A model generated the notes under the pieces. That model did not search any database, was not told the origin of the DNA, and saw only the letters and a program-made list of their open reading frames with translations. Source: the human T2T-CHM13v2.0 reference genome, Homo sapiens. Taken from it: a DNA stretch of 64,000 nt. Positions within the stretch are counted from its first letter, which is position 1, and each line of letters opens with the position of its first letter. This document shows, piece by piece, positions 13,322 to 28,472 of this stretch. Made by a program: the position numbers and the translations under genes. The stretch is taken from the NCBI RefSeq assembly GCF_009914755.1, contig NC_060936.1; one strand, given 5' to 3'.

Positions 13322-13423
13322 TGCCTATTTGAGGTATGAACAACAATACACTAAAGTAGATTAGAAAAGCTAAGAGTTTTAATTGAAGTGACTGTCACAG
13401 TGTTATAATACTTGGCAGTAGGA

Positions 13424-13501
13424 CAGCAGTTCTCAAAGGCAGTTCATGGTCAGATTCCAGGAGTCTTTGGAGTAAAAGATATTTTCAAAATAGTAGTAGG
13501 T
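13424..13501 (+). mobile_element. Charlie1-derived hAT element (MER119-like), 5' part
   Basis: Terminal cagcagttctcaaag; continues at 14964 after the L1. Confidence 0.6.
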
Positions 13502-13502
13502 A

Positions 13503-14963
<1,461 letters not shown>

Positions 14964-15386
14964 AAGATAATACTAAGGTGTCATTTGACTTTTTTTTATC
15001 TCTTAACAAGAGTACAGTGGATATTTCCAGAGGCTACATGAGATATCACTGCAGATTAATATAAGGTCAGATATAAAAATTCTAATGTCTCCTTCTAAAC
15101 CAAATAATAAAGAGATTTGCAAAAGGATAAAATAGTGCTTTAGAAAATGTAAAGCAATGTCTTGAAAAATATATTTATTTTTCATAAAAATGTATTACTT
15201 TTTGTTAACATATATGTAAGTTTATTATGTTTAAATGAATTAATAAATATTTGTTAAATGTTCTGAGTATTCATTTCTAATACAGTAAATATATAAAGAT
15301 GTTATTTACATAAACAAAAGCTCTTTGGTGTCTTCAATGTTTTTAAAAATGTAAAGTTACTCTGAAGGCAAAATATCTGAAAACTG
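14964..15386 (+). mobile_element. Charlie1-derived hAT element (MER119-like), 3' part
   Basis: gagtacagtggatatttccagaggctacatga...aaagagatttgcaaaa...cataaacaaaagctctttgg. Confidence 0.78.
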
Positions 15387-16884
15387 TGAAAATTGGCTAA
15401 TAAAGAAACAAATTAATGGTTGTAATAGATAGTATAAGAGTGTGTCACCTTTCTATTTCATATACTGTGGCTGGAAGATGAATATAAATTGTACTGTAAG
15501 AAAATCCTCTTTTTCATATATTATGATGCATGAATGTTACAATGAAACTTTCTGATGATTACAGAAACATGAAAATAGAAAAGGGAAAATTATTTTTAGT
15601 GTAGTATAGTTTGTATTGTTTTGACTCACTAAATGATCATAAAGGCAATGGAGCAAAGAGATTGCTATTTTTTCAGACATGTTTCTCTCTGCAAAATCTC
15701 TCCATGAAATAATTAATGATAATAAAGTAGTTTGAAAGTGAATATATGGTATAGCTGTCTTTTGTGATCAAAGACAGCTCTGCTTATGAACATAGCAAAG
15801 AGCATATTTCAAGGACAGTAACTCTAGCTAAGAGGAGAGATGTTTTCTGAGTAACTTTGAATATTAAGTTTAGTCCAAAAAACATCCAACTAGGAAATAA
15901 ATACTCAGGAATACATGCATACCTTAGGTGAAAATACACAGCAGAGGAAAGACACTATATGATGGTTCTTAGTATCTGTTGCTTCTTTTAAATTATACAA
16001 TTCTAGGCAAATTCTAATAAAACTCTGATGAAATTTCAGATCTAGGCTTGACTCTGCCACTTAAAAAAAAAAAACTGATTTAAACTTATTATACCATTTT
16101 TCAACCTGTGAATTCATAAAAATAATGCAAATCTCATAAGAATTCTGGAAGACTTAAACAAAAACTGGAGTTCAACAAAATATTTAGCTTTTTCCATGGC
16201 CACTTTGTATTACATAGATAGGGCAATCAAGGCATTAAAGAATAGCAACTTGCCTAAGATAATACAAGCACCAGTAATAGGTGCCAGCACAGTTATTAGT
16301 TCAAATGCCCTGACCTGTTTTACAACACTCCACTTTATTTGAGAAGTGAAAAGAACTGCACAAATATAAGCTATTCTGATTACAAAAGTAAAATAAAATT
16401 AAAAGGTACTTTTTGTTGAATTTAAGAATCATAAAATTATGTGACTAGAAAGGTCTCCTAATGGCTGTTTCAGGAGTGTACTCAGATCAACTCCAACAGT
16501 TATCGTCTGCCTGTTTTCAATGAAAAAATTCAAATTCCAGTATTTAACAACTTGCCATAATATTTTTATTTTTATTTTTATTTTTACTTTTCTCAATGAA
16601 AATTGAGATTGCTTCTACCAAGGCTATAGTATTCACAAACAACACTTACTTGGACTTGAGGAGCCCAATTCAGTCCTTTCATTTTACAAAGTCACATAAG
16701 TTGGGATTAGTCTCTTTCTTATATTGTCCTAAGTCTCATTGTGCATGCAAGGTACAATAATATTCCTTATTTAATGAGGTAAAAATCTCAGTTTCAAGGA
16801 CAAATGACTATTCTCCATCAAAAGTTAAAATATTCTGCATACCTTGTTTAGCCCAGTGGGACTGAATAGCAAGAGTGAGTTATG

Positions 16885-16940
16885 AAGGAAGGAAGGAAGG
16901 AAGGAAGGGATTGGGTGGGGGGGAGGGAGGGAGGGAGGAG
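16885..16940 (+). repeat. (GGAA)n/(GGGA)n purine tract with G-quadruplex motif
   Basis: gggattgggtgggggggagggagggaggg contains at least four G3 runs with short loops. Confidence 0.85.
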
Positions 16941-17199
16941 TGCTTGATGATGGGAATGTGGACGTAAATGAAACATTGATGGAGCTGAAAATAGGTAGAA
17001 ACACTGAAAGGCCTAACAACGAGTTTTACATGCCATGCCAATGTTTTTAACAAAGAAAAAGTTCAACTAGTTAATATTTTAAGGTGTTGTTATAAAATAT
17101 TCTCAATTTTCCTATAAGTTGAAGATTTGTCAATTTTCAGTCTTCATTACCTCAAGGCAACAAGTATTTGGAGCTGAGTTGTGACTGTCATCTTTGACT

Positions 17200-17995
17200 G
17201 GAGTGACTTCTAAAAGTATAGTCTGCAGAACACTGGGTCTCTGATACCCTTTCAACATGTTCATGAGGTCAAAACTATTCTCATAGTTATACTAAGATGT
17301 CATTCACCTTTTTCCCTGAGTTGACATTTCCATTTATGGAACAACAGCAATAATGAGTAAAACTGCTGTCCTGTAAGGAGTCATCAAAGCAGTGGCCCAA
17401 ACTGTACTAGTAGTTCTCTTCTTCATTGCTACACACTCATAATTTAAAAATACATATGGTTTCACTTTAAAATGTCCTTGATAAAGCATTAAAATGCTAA
17501 TTTTATTAAAACTCATCTCTTGCTTGTGCATGTAATAGTCTTTGTAATAAAATGGGAAATATGTAGAAAGCAGCTCTGAAGCATACCACTCTATCATGTT
17601 TGTCTTGAAGAAAAGCACTAGTACAATTACTTGAGCTGCAAGCTGACTACCTGCTTTATTCGTGCAACGCTGCTTTACTAGAAAGACTCACAGACAAACT
17701 GTGGTTATTGAGGCTGGGTATTTGGCAGACATTTTCTCTAAAGTGAACAACAAGAGTTTCATTTAAAAGAAAATATCTTACTGTGTTTGATAAGAAATGT
17801 GTCAATCTTTGGAATATCTGCATAACTCAGTATACCAATATTTTCCCAATGAACAAAACCTCAAGGAACAAAACCATGCCTGGGTATCTGCCCCATTCAA
17901 AGTACAAAATGTAATGGAACAGAGCATGAAGAGTTCATTGTTATGAATTCACATTCCAGAATGCGACAAACTTCTAAGAAGTTACTACTCGTCAT
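17200..17995 (+). mobile_element. Charlie1-family hAT transposon fragment
   Basis: catgaggtcaaaactattctcata; gacaaactgtggttattgaggctgggtatttggcagacattttctc; cataactcagtataccaatattttcc. Confidence 0.82.
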
Positions 17996-18791
17996 AAATT
18001 GATGCTAATCTTCCCATAGTACAGAGGAAGACAAGTAAATTTTATATGTAAGTGTTAACATTTTCATTCATATTAAGAGTAGATTGAATAGGCAAGTGGA
18101 CTTCACATGTAATCACTGTTCACCTGAAAGCCTATACAGGTATATCATCATTTCTAAGACAAAATTGATTATTTTTGGTAGATGTGATACTATATTTAAT
18201 TAATAAATTAATTACATTGTTTATGAAGGGTATGTCAATTTATCTTAAAAGCTATAAAAAGAAGCATTGAACATATGTAGTACCATATAATTGATTTATT
18301 TACATATATTTTATATTTTGAAGTTATTTGATTAGAATCAATTACACCTGTTTTAGCATTCACATAAGAATTTGTAAAAGATATGCTATCCATTAACTTT
18401 CAGGTATATAACACTAATTATCTTAAAATTTCAATATGTAAAAGTGTTAAGATGTTTGTTAAATGCAGATTTTTAGGTTGGGTACAAAATGCATAGTCCT
18501 CTTTATGAGAATAACTGCAAGATAATTCTCATCTCACTTTTTTTGGAACAATAACAAAAATATGGCTTTATGAGCAGTTGGATTTAATTTTAGCATATTG
18601 GGCGTATTTAGTCATGTGGTTGATCTCTTTATATTTTTAAAGTTCACATCACCAGAAATGGGGCTTCTCAGTAGCAAATAGGTATAAAATTATGGAATGC
18701 AATACTATCTTCGTTTCTGAAACTACTTGATATTTATTTTATTGCTGTACTTTTGGGACATGCATTGTGTTATTTTTTAATTATACTTTGA

Positions 18792-19095
<304 letters not shown>

Positions 19096-20194
19096 GATTG
19101 CATTTTTAATTATACAGGTTACATAAAAGTCCATTTTCATTGTAAAGAGAATAGAAAGGTGTATGTTTGAAAGAGGGAAACTTCCATTTACCCCACACTC
19201 CAATTTTCTTTCAAAATATCTAAGTATGTTACATTCAAATATTTTTGTTATTAATCTTTGTTTTTTAAGTATTAAAAAGTGAAGTTTCCAACTTTTTAGA
19301 AGTGATTTAGATACATTTATTTCAAAAAGTATGTAAAATTTAAAATTTAGAAGTATAAAAATAAGATATAATCACAAATTTTCACTACCACAATTATTAT
19401 TTTTAATAGTTACTGTCCATTCTTCTAGTAATTTTCTTATTAACAGTCTGTTGTATAAATGAGCCCATGCATGCTATCTTTCTTATGTATGAAAACAAAG
19501 TACTATTTGAAAACCTATTCATATACACATACAGTCAGATTTCTCAACACACCCACTCTGGTGTGTTTCATAAAAGCCACCTCATTCATGAGTTTGTGCT
19601 GAATTCTTCAAGCCCAAGTAATACACTGCCTCACATCTATTACTTTATGTTAATATTTAATGTTTAATATGGTTTTTCATTGGTATAGGGAAACACTCTC
19701 TGGTTTATATTTTAATGCTACTTTATTTTTTAGAGACGTAACCATGTTAATATATTTAATTTATTTCTTTTATTCTCAATAGTACATGTATACCATTCCT
19801 TTACTAATGGAAATTTTGAGTTATTACTAACTTTTGTAGTTTCAAACTATGCTTAATAAACACGGTTGTTCAGATTCTTGATCCAAAGGATTTTTTATAC
19901 TTTACTAGAAATTAAGATCCTGGATTATAAGGCAGACAAATTTTTTATTAAATTACATACAGCTGAACTATAATGAAATATAACATCATGTGTTTTATCC
20001 AAGTACTATTTGAAGAACAGAGTTTCTAATCATTTTCCTGCTGCATGGAAACATTTGCTACTGTTGGACATATTACCTCTAATAGCAGGTAATGGGTAAA
20101 GAAAACATACATTGTTATTTTCATTTGTACTTCTGTATTTTCTCAGGTCACTAACAAAATTACATTGTCTTGTTCACTAAAAAGATGTTTTACT

Positions 20195-20546
20195 TTTATT
20201 TCTTTTCTTTTCTTTTTTCCTTTTTTCTTCTTTTTTCTTTTTTTCTTTTTTTTCGACAGAGTCTCATTCTGTTGTCCAGGCTGGAAGGCAGTGGCACAAT
20301 CATAGCTGCTCACTATGGCTTCAAACTACTGGGCTCAAGCTTTCCTCCTGCCTCAGCCTCCCACCTAGTAGCTGGTACTGCAGACATGCATCACAATGCC
20401 CAACTACTTTTATTTATTTATTTTTTTGTAGAGAGGAGTTCTTGCTATGTTGCCCAGGCTTGTCTACAACTTTTAGCCTAAAGCAAAATTCCCACCTTGG
20501 CCTCAAAAAGCACTGAGATTACAGACATAAACCACTGTGCCTGGCC
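20195..20546 (-). mobile_element. AluJ with (TTTTC)n tail
   Basis: Diverged dimer; cacaatcatagct...ggctcaagc, ttgctatgttgcccaggct. Confidence 0.92.
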
Positions 20547-21815
20547 TATAATGTTTATATTTTACTGTGAATATGTTGTTTGTTTCTTTACCAATTATTT
20601 GTGTATCTGTCTTACTGATTTGAACATTTAATTTTTTGCTTACTTCTTATAGTTATATATATTGGGCACCCTTTGCAAGACTATTACTAAAATGCTAATT
20701 TTGTTGATGATGTCTTTCTGATACAATGTATTTTTCATTTTCTAGCAAGCAAATTTATCAAAGGCTTGATATTTCCATCTTTTAAGAAAATCAAACCTAC
20801 TCCAAGTTGACAATACTTTTTACATATTTTTAACTTTTTTTGAAAAAAGAAAATTAAAAATTATTGGAGCAATTTTACGCTTACAGCAAAAATGAGCACA
20901 CGGCACAGAGATTTTCCACATATGCCCTCTGATTCTAAATGTAAACATTGCCTCTCCTATTATTAACATCCCCTAACAGAGTGGCACGTTTATTACAAGT
21001 GATGGATCTACTTTAAAACATCATTATCACCCAAAGTCCACAGTTTACATGTTTACATTAGGGTTCACTCTAGGTGCAACATATTCGTTTTTGTACATAC
21101 ATTGTTGTGTGCTTATAACTTTTAAATTCCTTTGGGTAAATACAAATGAATATAATTTCTGGATTATATGGTAAGAGTTTGTTAAGAAATTGTCAAATTT
21201 TATTCCAAAATGGCTGTACCATTTTACATTTCCACCATAAATGAGAGTTGTTTTTTCTTCACATCCTTGCCAGCATTGTTTTTGTCACTATTCTCAATTT
21301 TTGTCCTCTAATGGATGTGCAGTTATATCTCATTGTTGTTTTAATTTATATTTCCATAATACTAAGCATATTTCCTATGTCTGTTTGTCATCTGTAGATT
21401 TCTTTGCTGAGTTGTCTGTTAAGGTCTTGGCTATTTTTTTTAAAATCAGGTGGCTTACTTTCTTATGTTGCGTTTAAGTGTTCTTTTTGATAATAGCCCT
21501 TTATTATATATGTGTTTGCAATGTGTTTGTGTTTCCTCCCAGTTTGTGGCTTGTCTTCTCATTCTCTTCACTGTGTCTTTTATAGAACAGAAAATTTTAA
21601 TTTTAATGAAGTCCAGTTTATCATCTTTCTATCATGGATTGTTCCTTTTGTGTCATTATTTAAAACATCATTGCCAAATTCAAGTCCATCTAGATTTTCT
21701 TATGTTATCTTGTAGGAGTTTTATAATCTTGCACTTTACATCTAGGTTTGTGACATATTATGAGTTAATTTTTGTGAAAGGTGTAAGGTCTGTATCATCT
21801 TTTTTTTTTTGGTAT

Positions 21816-22404
21816 TGTAAAAAGGAAAGTAGAGGTTCCTCTTCAAAGACTTTCCTCCCAGTCTAATTGGGAATAAACAGTAGCTTCTCTTAGAAGCAAA
21901 ATTTATTCAAAGACATGCGCTAACATTCTTAAATATCTGCTAGCTGTCATAAAGAAATCAATGTACTTTATGTTCTTAGCTCCCACAATTTAGCCTAAAT
22001 ATTTGCCCTGGCATGCTTATACCGGTTCTAGCAAGCATTAGGTCACAACCTGCTCCTATTCCTTATTTGAAGGTGTTTTTACCTTTCTCAGCATTCAACA
22101 AGTTACTTCCTCCTTCCTTTGTTCGCCTATGCCTTTGCCTCTTTTAAAAAGTTCTAAGTTGCTAGCCAATCAGCATAAATACAGAATGTGAGGTCCCGTT
22201 CCCGCCAATGGAAACCAGACACAGCAGTAAGGTGGATGCGTCAGGTTATAAATGACCCTGTCTCCTTTGTTCAGTGTACTCTCGTGGCAAAACTGCTGGT
22301 GAGTGTAACCTTTCTGCAGAAAGTAAAAATGGCCTTGCTGAGGAAATTAAATTTATGTTCAAATGCTATTTCTTTATGGCACCAGGGAACAAGCATCTCT
22401 AACA
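21816..22404 (+). mobile_element. LTR10 (LTR10C-like) ERV1 solo LTR
   Basis: tgtaaaaaggaaagtagaggttcctcttcaaagactttcctcc...ctaaca; 4 bp TSD GTAT (21812-21815, 22405-22408). Confidence 0.85.
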
Positions 22405-23593
22405 GTATGTATGCCCAGTTGTTTACAGCAACATTTGTTGAAAAAGACTATCTTTTTTCCATTGTACTGTGTTCATTGTCAAAGACCAGTTAGCTATATG
22501 TGTGTATCTATTTCTGTGGCTCTATTGTGTTCCCCTGATCTTTTTTTTATTCTTTTACCAATACCACAATGTCTTGATTACTGTAGCTGTCTAGTAAGTC
22601 TTAAAGTTAGATAGCATAAGTCCTCCAATTTTGTTCTTCTTCAATATTGTGCTGGCTTTTGGGTCTTTTGCGTCTCCATATAGACTTTAGATTAGTTGTA
22701 TTTTTGGAGTGTTTCAGAAGAATTCATATTAATTATTATTTAAATGCTTTGTAGAATACATCATTGAAGCAAGTCAACAGATCCTGAACATTTTTATTTG
22801 GTGAGAGATTATTATTCACCAATTCATCTCTTTATTCATTATTAGTCTGCTCAGATTTTATATTTCTTCATGATTCAGTCTTGGTAGGTTGTATGTCTTG
22901 AGGAATTCATTTATTTCCTCTCAGTTATCTGATATGTTGGTATATAATTTTTATAGTAGTCGCTAATGATCCTTTGTATTCTTGTTTTATGTATTAATAG
23001 CCCCATAAGTTTTAGTATTTTGTGTTTTCAATTTCATGTGTCTCAAAATATTTTTAAAATTTTTCTTTTGATTTCTTCTTTGACCCTTTGGTTGTTCAAG
23101 AGCAGGTTTTTAAATTTCCACATATTTTAAATTTTCCAGTATTCCTCCTATTGTTGATTTCCAGTTTCATGTCATTATGGTTAGAAAAAATGCTTGACAT
23201 AATTTCAATCTTGATTGAAATGTGTTAAGACTTGTTTTATGGCCTAATATATTATCTGTCTTGGAGAATGTTCCATGTATATTTGAGAAGAATGTATATT
23301 CTGTTGCTGTTGAATGCAATATTCTCTACATATTTGTTAGGTCTCTTTGGTGTAAAATTTAGTCAAGTCCAAAGTTTCCTTATTGATTTTCTGCCTTGAT
23401 GATTTATCCATTATTGAAAGTAGTGTATTGAAGTCCCCTACTATTATTATATGGTTGTCTATTTCTTCCTTCAATTTATTTTTGTGTGCTAATGTTGGAT
23501 GTATATATATTTACAATTGTTAAATCCTCTTAAGAAATTGGGCACTTTATCATTATATAATGACTTTCATTGTCTTCTTTTTATTATATCAAA

Positions 23594-23742
23594 ATCATCA
23601 GAAAGAATGAGATAGGAGCAATCAGGATGTTTCAAGTCGTGATTATGTATAGATGTTGATCATGTTTCTTGCATCTCCAATAATCATGTTATAATCTGTC
23701 CTCCAAAAGGAAGAACAGGAAAAGATTATCCCACCTGATGAT
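23594..23742 (-). pseudogene. U8 snoRNA (SNORD118) retropseudogene with precursor 3' extension
   Basis: Reverse complement atcatcaggtgggataatc...gattgctcctatctcatt aligns end to end with recalled U8 (~84% by eye); box C TGATGA>TGATTA, box D CTGA>CTCA; followed by ctttctgatgat; degenerate TSD cattgtcttctttt / cattattttctgtt. Confidence 0.92.
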
Positions 23743-23878
23743 CATTATTTTCTGTTAAATTTTTTTACTTAAAGTCTATTTTGTCTAAAATAAATATAGC
23801 TATCCTGCTATCTTTTGGTTTCCATTTGCATGAAATGTATTTTTCTATTCCTTCATTTTCAGCCTATGTGCTTTCTTA

Positions 23879-24332
<454 letters not shown>

Positions 24333-24544
24333 TCATATAAAATACGGTTTAATCCAAAATGACAGAAAAGAAAATACATAAAAGTAAACCTACTCACATA
24401 TTTCTTGTCATCTTCTTACTTCCCATTTTCAAAGTCTATGTTAAATTTATATTTACAAAGTTCTACAAAATCTAATGTTTTGATTAAATTGCTTAACTCA
24501 ACATTTCACTATTAAAATTAATTTTTTATAGATAAGAAGTTACG

Positions 24545-24850
24545 ATCATCATTTTGTCTATCCTGGCTGTTTTATAGAACCTCCAACAATTTGTCAAGTA
24601 TGGTTCAGGTTTTTCAGCCCACAAACTGAGCAGGTTTCCAGAAGAAGTTTCTGCTAGTGGGTTTTTGCCCTGATAGGTTGTGAATCTCTGTATTTGCCTA
24701 TTGTTCTCTCCAGTTTGGGGAGCAGCAGTTTGTCCCATAACCTCACTTGTCTTATAGATGCAAGAAAAATTATGGATTGTTTTCTGTTTATTTAGCTTCC
24801 TACTTGTTAGGACAGAGTGGCAACTACCAAGTGACTTACATGTGAGGCCC
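24545..24850 (-). mobile_element. Old L1 5' region (L1MC/L1MD-type)
   Basis: ctccagtttggggagcagcagtttgtcccataacctcact...cttgttaggacagagtggcaact resembles the antisense L1M 5' end. Confidence 0.65.
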
Positions 24851-24878
24851 CTATATATTTTTAAAAGTATGTTTTTCA

Positions 24879-25265
<387 letters not shown>

Positions 25266-25589
25266 TTATATTTTAGAATAAACTAAGCAATAATGATTAA
25301 ACTTCTTTTCCAAAAAATATACTGATATTTACCTTTCTCTATACAATTAATTTTAAATTTTATTTATTTCCAATGGATCTGAACCAACATACACTGTACA
25401 TAAATGACTAATATGTTTACCACAGTATTTTGTTCTCTCACTTTATTTGCCTAATACCTTACAAAGAACAAAGAGTTATAATTAACATACATTTAAATAT
25501 GTCTTAATAACTAATTAGTATCATTCACTTAACTGCCGATTTTATTTTATTTTTTGAAAACAAATACCATTATTGAGTCTTTATAATTT

Positions 25590-25960
25590 CATGGGAATTT
25601 TATACAGTAATTCATTCTTTAAGTTCAATGAATATCATAGTTATTTTATAGATTGCCTGAAGTTAGAGATAAATTTGAGAGACTTTAACATATTTGTAAT
25701 ACTGATGTTTTACCTACAGAAACAGGAAATCACTCATTATTTATCCATTTAGTCAAATATTCATTAATGTCTTTCAATAATAATTTATGTTTTGGTCAAT
25801 AAAGGTCTTGTATACATTTGTTATTATGTTTAATTTACTCCTAAGCACCCGAAGATTGTTTGCTGTTTTCTTATTTCATTTTCTAATTACCAATCCTATA
25901 TAGAAATTCTTCTGACTTTTAAACATTAAACTTGAATTCCAATCAGATAACTTCATTAAA
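25590..25960 (-). mobile_element. Old L1 (L1ME-like) fragment
   Basis: gagataaatttgagagactttaacatatttgtaatactg...tttactcctaag. Confidence 0.55.
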
Positions 25961-26127
25961 TGTCATTTTATAAATGTCACATCACTTTATCAAAAATAAG
26001 TATCCACATTTTCTGTTTATTATTCAACAAATAACCTTTTGATTTTTATTATGGGCATGACATGTGTTAGGTACTGAAAGAGACACACACATGAAATAGA
26101 GATATCTTTAGTGATGCCTCACTAGGG

Positions 26128-27010
26128 TGTTACATTCAGTTCAGCCTGAAGTTGACTCCTTACATATTTTAATTTCAGCCTAAAGGTTTCCCTGTACATA
26201 ATAAACTGCAACCTAACTGGATGCATAAACAGACTATAACCTACTCTCATGTCAATCACCGAGTTTCAGCCAACTAAGGGTGGCCAACTGTTCAAACCAT
26301 GTTCAAATAAAGCAAATACCAAACTATATCTGGCAGTTTCTGTACCTCCCTTCCATTTTTTGTATGTCACTTTCTTTTTTCTGTCCATAAATCTTCCACC
26401 ACACAGCTCTGTTACTGGTGGAGGGTCTTGACTAGGAGTTGTCCAGGTTTTCAGTGTTTTTAACGAAGAATTGGACAAAATGCATGAAGAAAGAAACAAA
26501 AGATGAAGCAACAAAAGCACAGATTTATTGAAATAAAAGTACACTCCACAGAGTGGGAGTGGGCTTGAGTGAACTGCTCAAGAGCCCTGGTTACAGAATT
26601 TTCTGGGGTTTAAATACCTTCTAGAAGTTTCCCATTGGTTATTTGGTTATACCCTAAGTAAATGAAGGAGCGGCCAATGACCAGTCTGATTGGTTGCAGG
26701 AGGTGACCAATCAGAGCCTGAAGTAAAGTTACAAAGTTACACCCTATGCACATGAAGACTGGTTGTAGGAGTGGACCAATCAGACATACTTTCCATTTTT
26801 CATCTGAGAGGCAGTGGAAAGGGGTGGGGGTTGCAAAGACAGTAGCTTCTGATATTTTTGTTCCTTGGGTATGGAGAGTTGGGGTTTTCCTTTTGATTCA
26901 GTTCGAGGAAGTCAGCATTAACTGGCCACATGTTCCCTGTCTCCAGACCCTATTCTACTGCCTCAGCTCCACTGGAGTCTCACTGAGCCTACTCTGGCTT
27001 TGGAGGTGCC
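26128..27010 (+). mobile_element. MER57 5' LTR (split by MER51, 3' end missing)
   Basis: Matches 34968-35288; lacks the last ~70 bp present in the 3' LTR. Confidence 0.85.
26410..26965 (-). mobile_element. MER51 ERV1 solo LTR
   Basis: Reverse strand starts tgaggcagtagaatagggtctggagacagggaac; repeated CCAAT; TSD GCTC (26406-26409, 26966-26969). Confidence 0.9.
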
Positions 27011-28472
27011 AAGTCACCAAGAGAGATTCTCAGAGGCCCATTGCATCTATTTCTCTCTTGCATCAACTGGGCATCATGGTAAGTTCTCTAGTGGATTCCA
27101 AAGCTCTGCAGATTTGTGTTTTGAGCTCTCCAAGTTTGAGCAAATTTCTGATCTAACCTGGGTTTGGAAGTCATGACAGACTGGACTGTTTCCAGAATTG
27201 GATTGGTTCTGGTAATTAACCGGATTAGATTCAGTTTGAGGCCTCTTATGTCTGACTGGGTCAGATAGAAACTAGTAATAAATGGCAATATTGCAGGGGC
27301 CGTAAACTTCAGCTTTTGAAAATTTGCAGGGATTTTTGTGTTCTACCTGCTTTGTTTATTTTTCTTGTGTGCTTAGCTAGGGAAAGGTCATTTCCTAGGT
27401 TGATCAAGGGGATCTGAGAGCCAAAGCCAAGATTCAAGGCAAAAAATGGGATCCTTAATTTCTAAAGAACTGAGTAATCTGCTTTCCAGCTATGCCTAAA
27501 TTTACATATATAAACGTTAGGCTCGGGAAGTGGTACACACTTAGCGAAATAGCAAAATCTTACTGAAGATAATTTAAAATTACAGTGAAACATTCCAAAT
27601 GAATAACACTGCACTTTAAGAAGTGCAGTGGAAAATGAGGACTCTCAAATTAGACTCATACAGGAATGAGTGCAGATAGATATGCAGAAGCTTCTAAAAA
27701 GATTTCAATACTTTTATTCCTTTTTAAAAGACTCTTTATAAAAAGAAAATAAAAAGCTTACATGACTAATTGATAAGAAAAATTAAATCTGCTAACCTAT
27801 GGCTTAGTTACAATCTAGCCCTGAATGTGAAAGAATCCTACCCTGAAGTGTTTATAGAAGATACGCCCTCAGGTAAAGTAGGCTTGCTTCCTTTTCTGAT
27901 CTATCCATGCTGATTTTAGGTATGGAGAATGCTTTCTTTGCCTTGTTCTTTAAAATTGACTCTACCCTAAACCCAGTAATTTCAGCTAAATTAAAATACC
28001 TAAAAAGTTAAAATGCATCCTTCTGGCATTTAACTGGCTATCTTGAAAATACTTTTGCAACAGAAATGTACAACTTTAAAGGAAATCAGTATTTGTATGG
28101 GCATCTCTGTTTATACACTTAAACCACCAGGAACTTTATGAGGAAGACAATGGCTTAAAGTTTACATAACAAACTTTGCCTTTGTTTAAATCTAAGTTCT
28201 GTTTCTTAGAGGAGTAAATTTTCTACACTGTTTCACCTGAGTCCCTTCTTTGTAGATGTAAATTTTGAGCTGTCTCTCTAACAATTGTTGATGGCATGAA
28301 ACAAGTAATCAAGAAATTGATAGTGGGGAGAAACTTTGGAAACTGGCAAATGAAGAATCTTGTAACAAATCTATAAGATCTGCTTCTGTCTGTATGTCTG
28401 TTACGTCTATATGTTTATCTGTTATGTGTATGTGAAAATATTTAGTGGCCATTGTGAGACATGGAGACATAT

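Noticed and set aside
12654-13346. Overlapping ORFs up to 162 aa rich in Y/I/H/T/C/V/M
   Set aside because: Translation of TA/TG microsatellite, which has few stop codons; not coding
23606-23742. Functional U8 snoRNA gene
   Set aside because: Boxes C and D mutated, ~16% diverged, inside an L1 with TSD and no evident snRNA-type promoter; called a pseudogene
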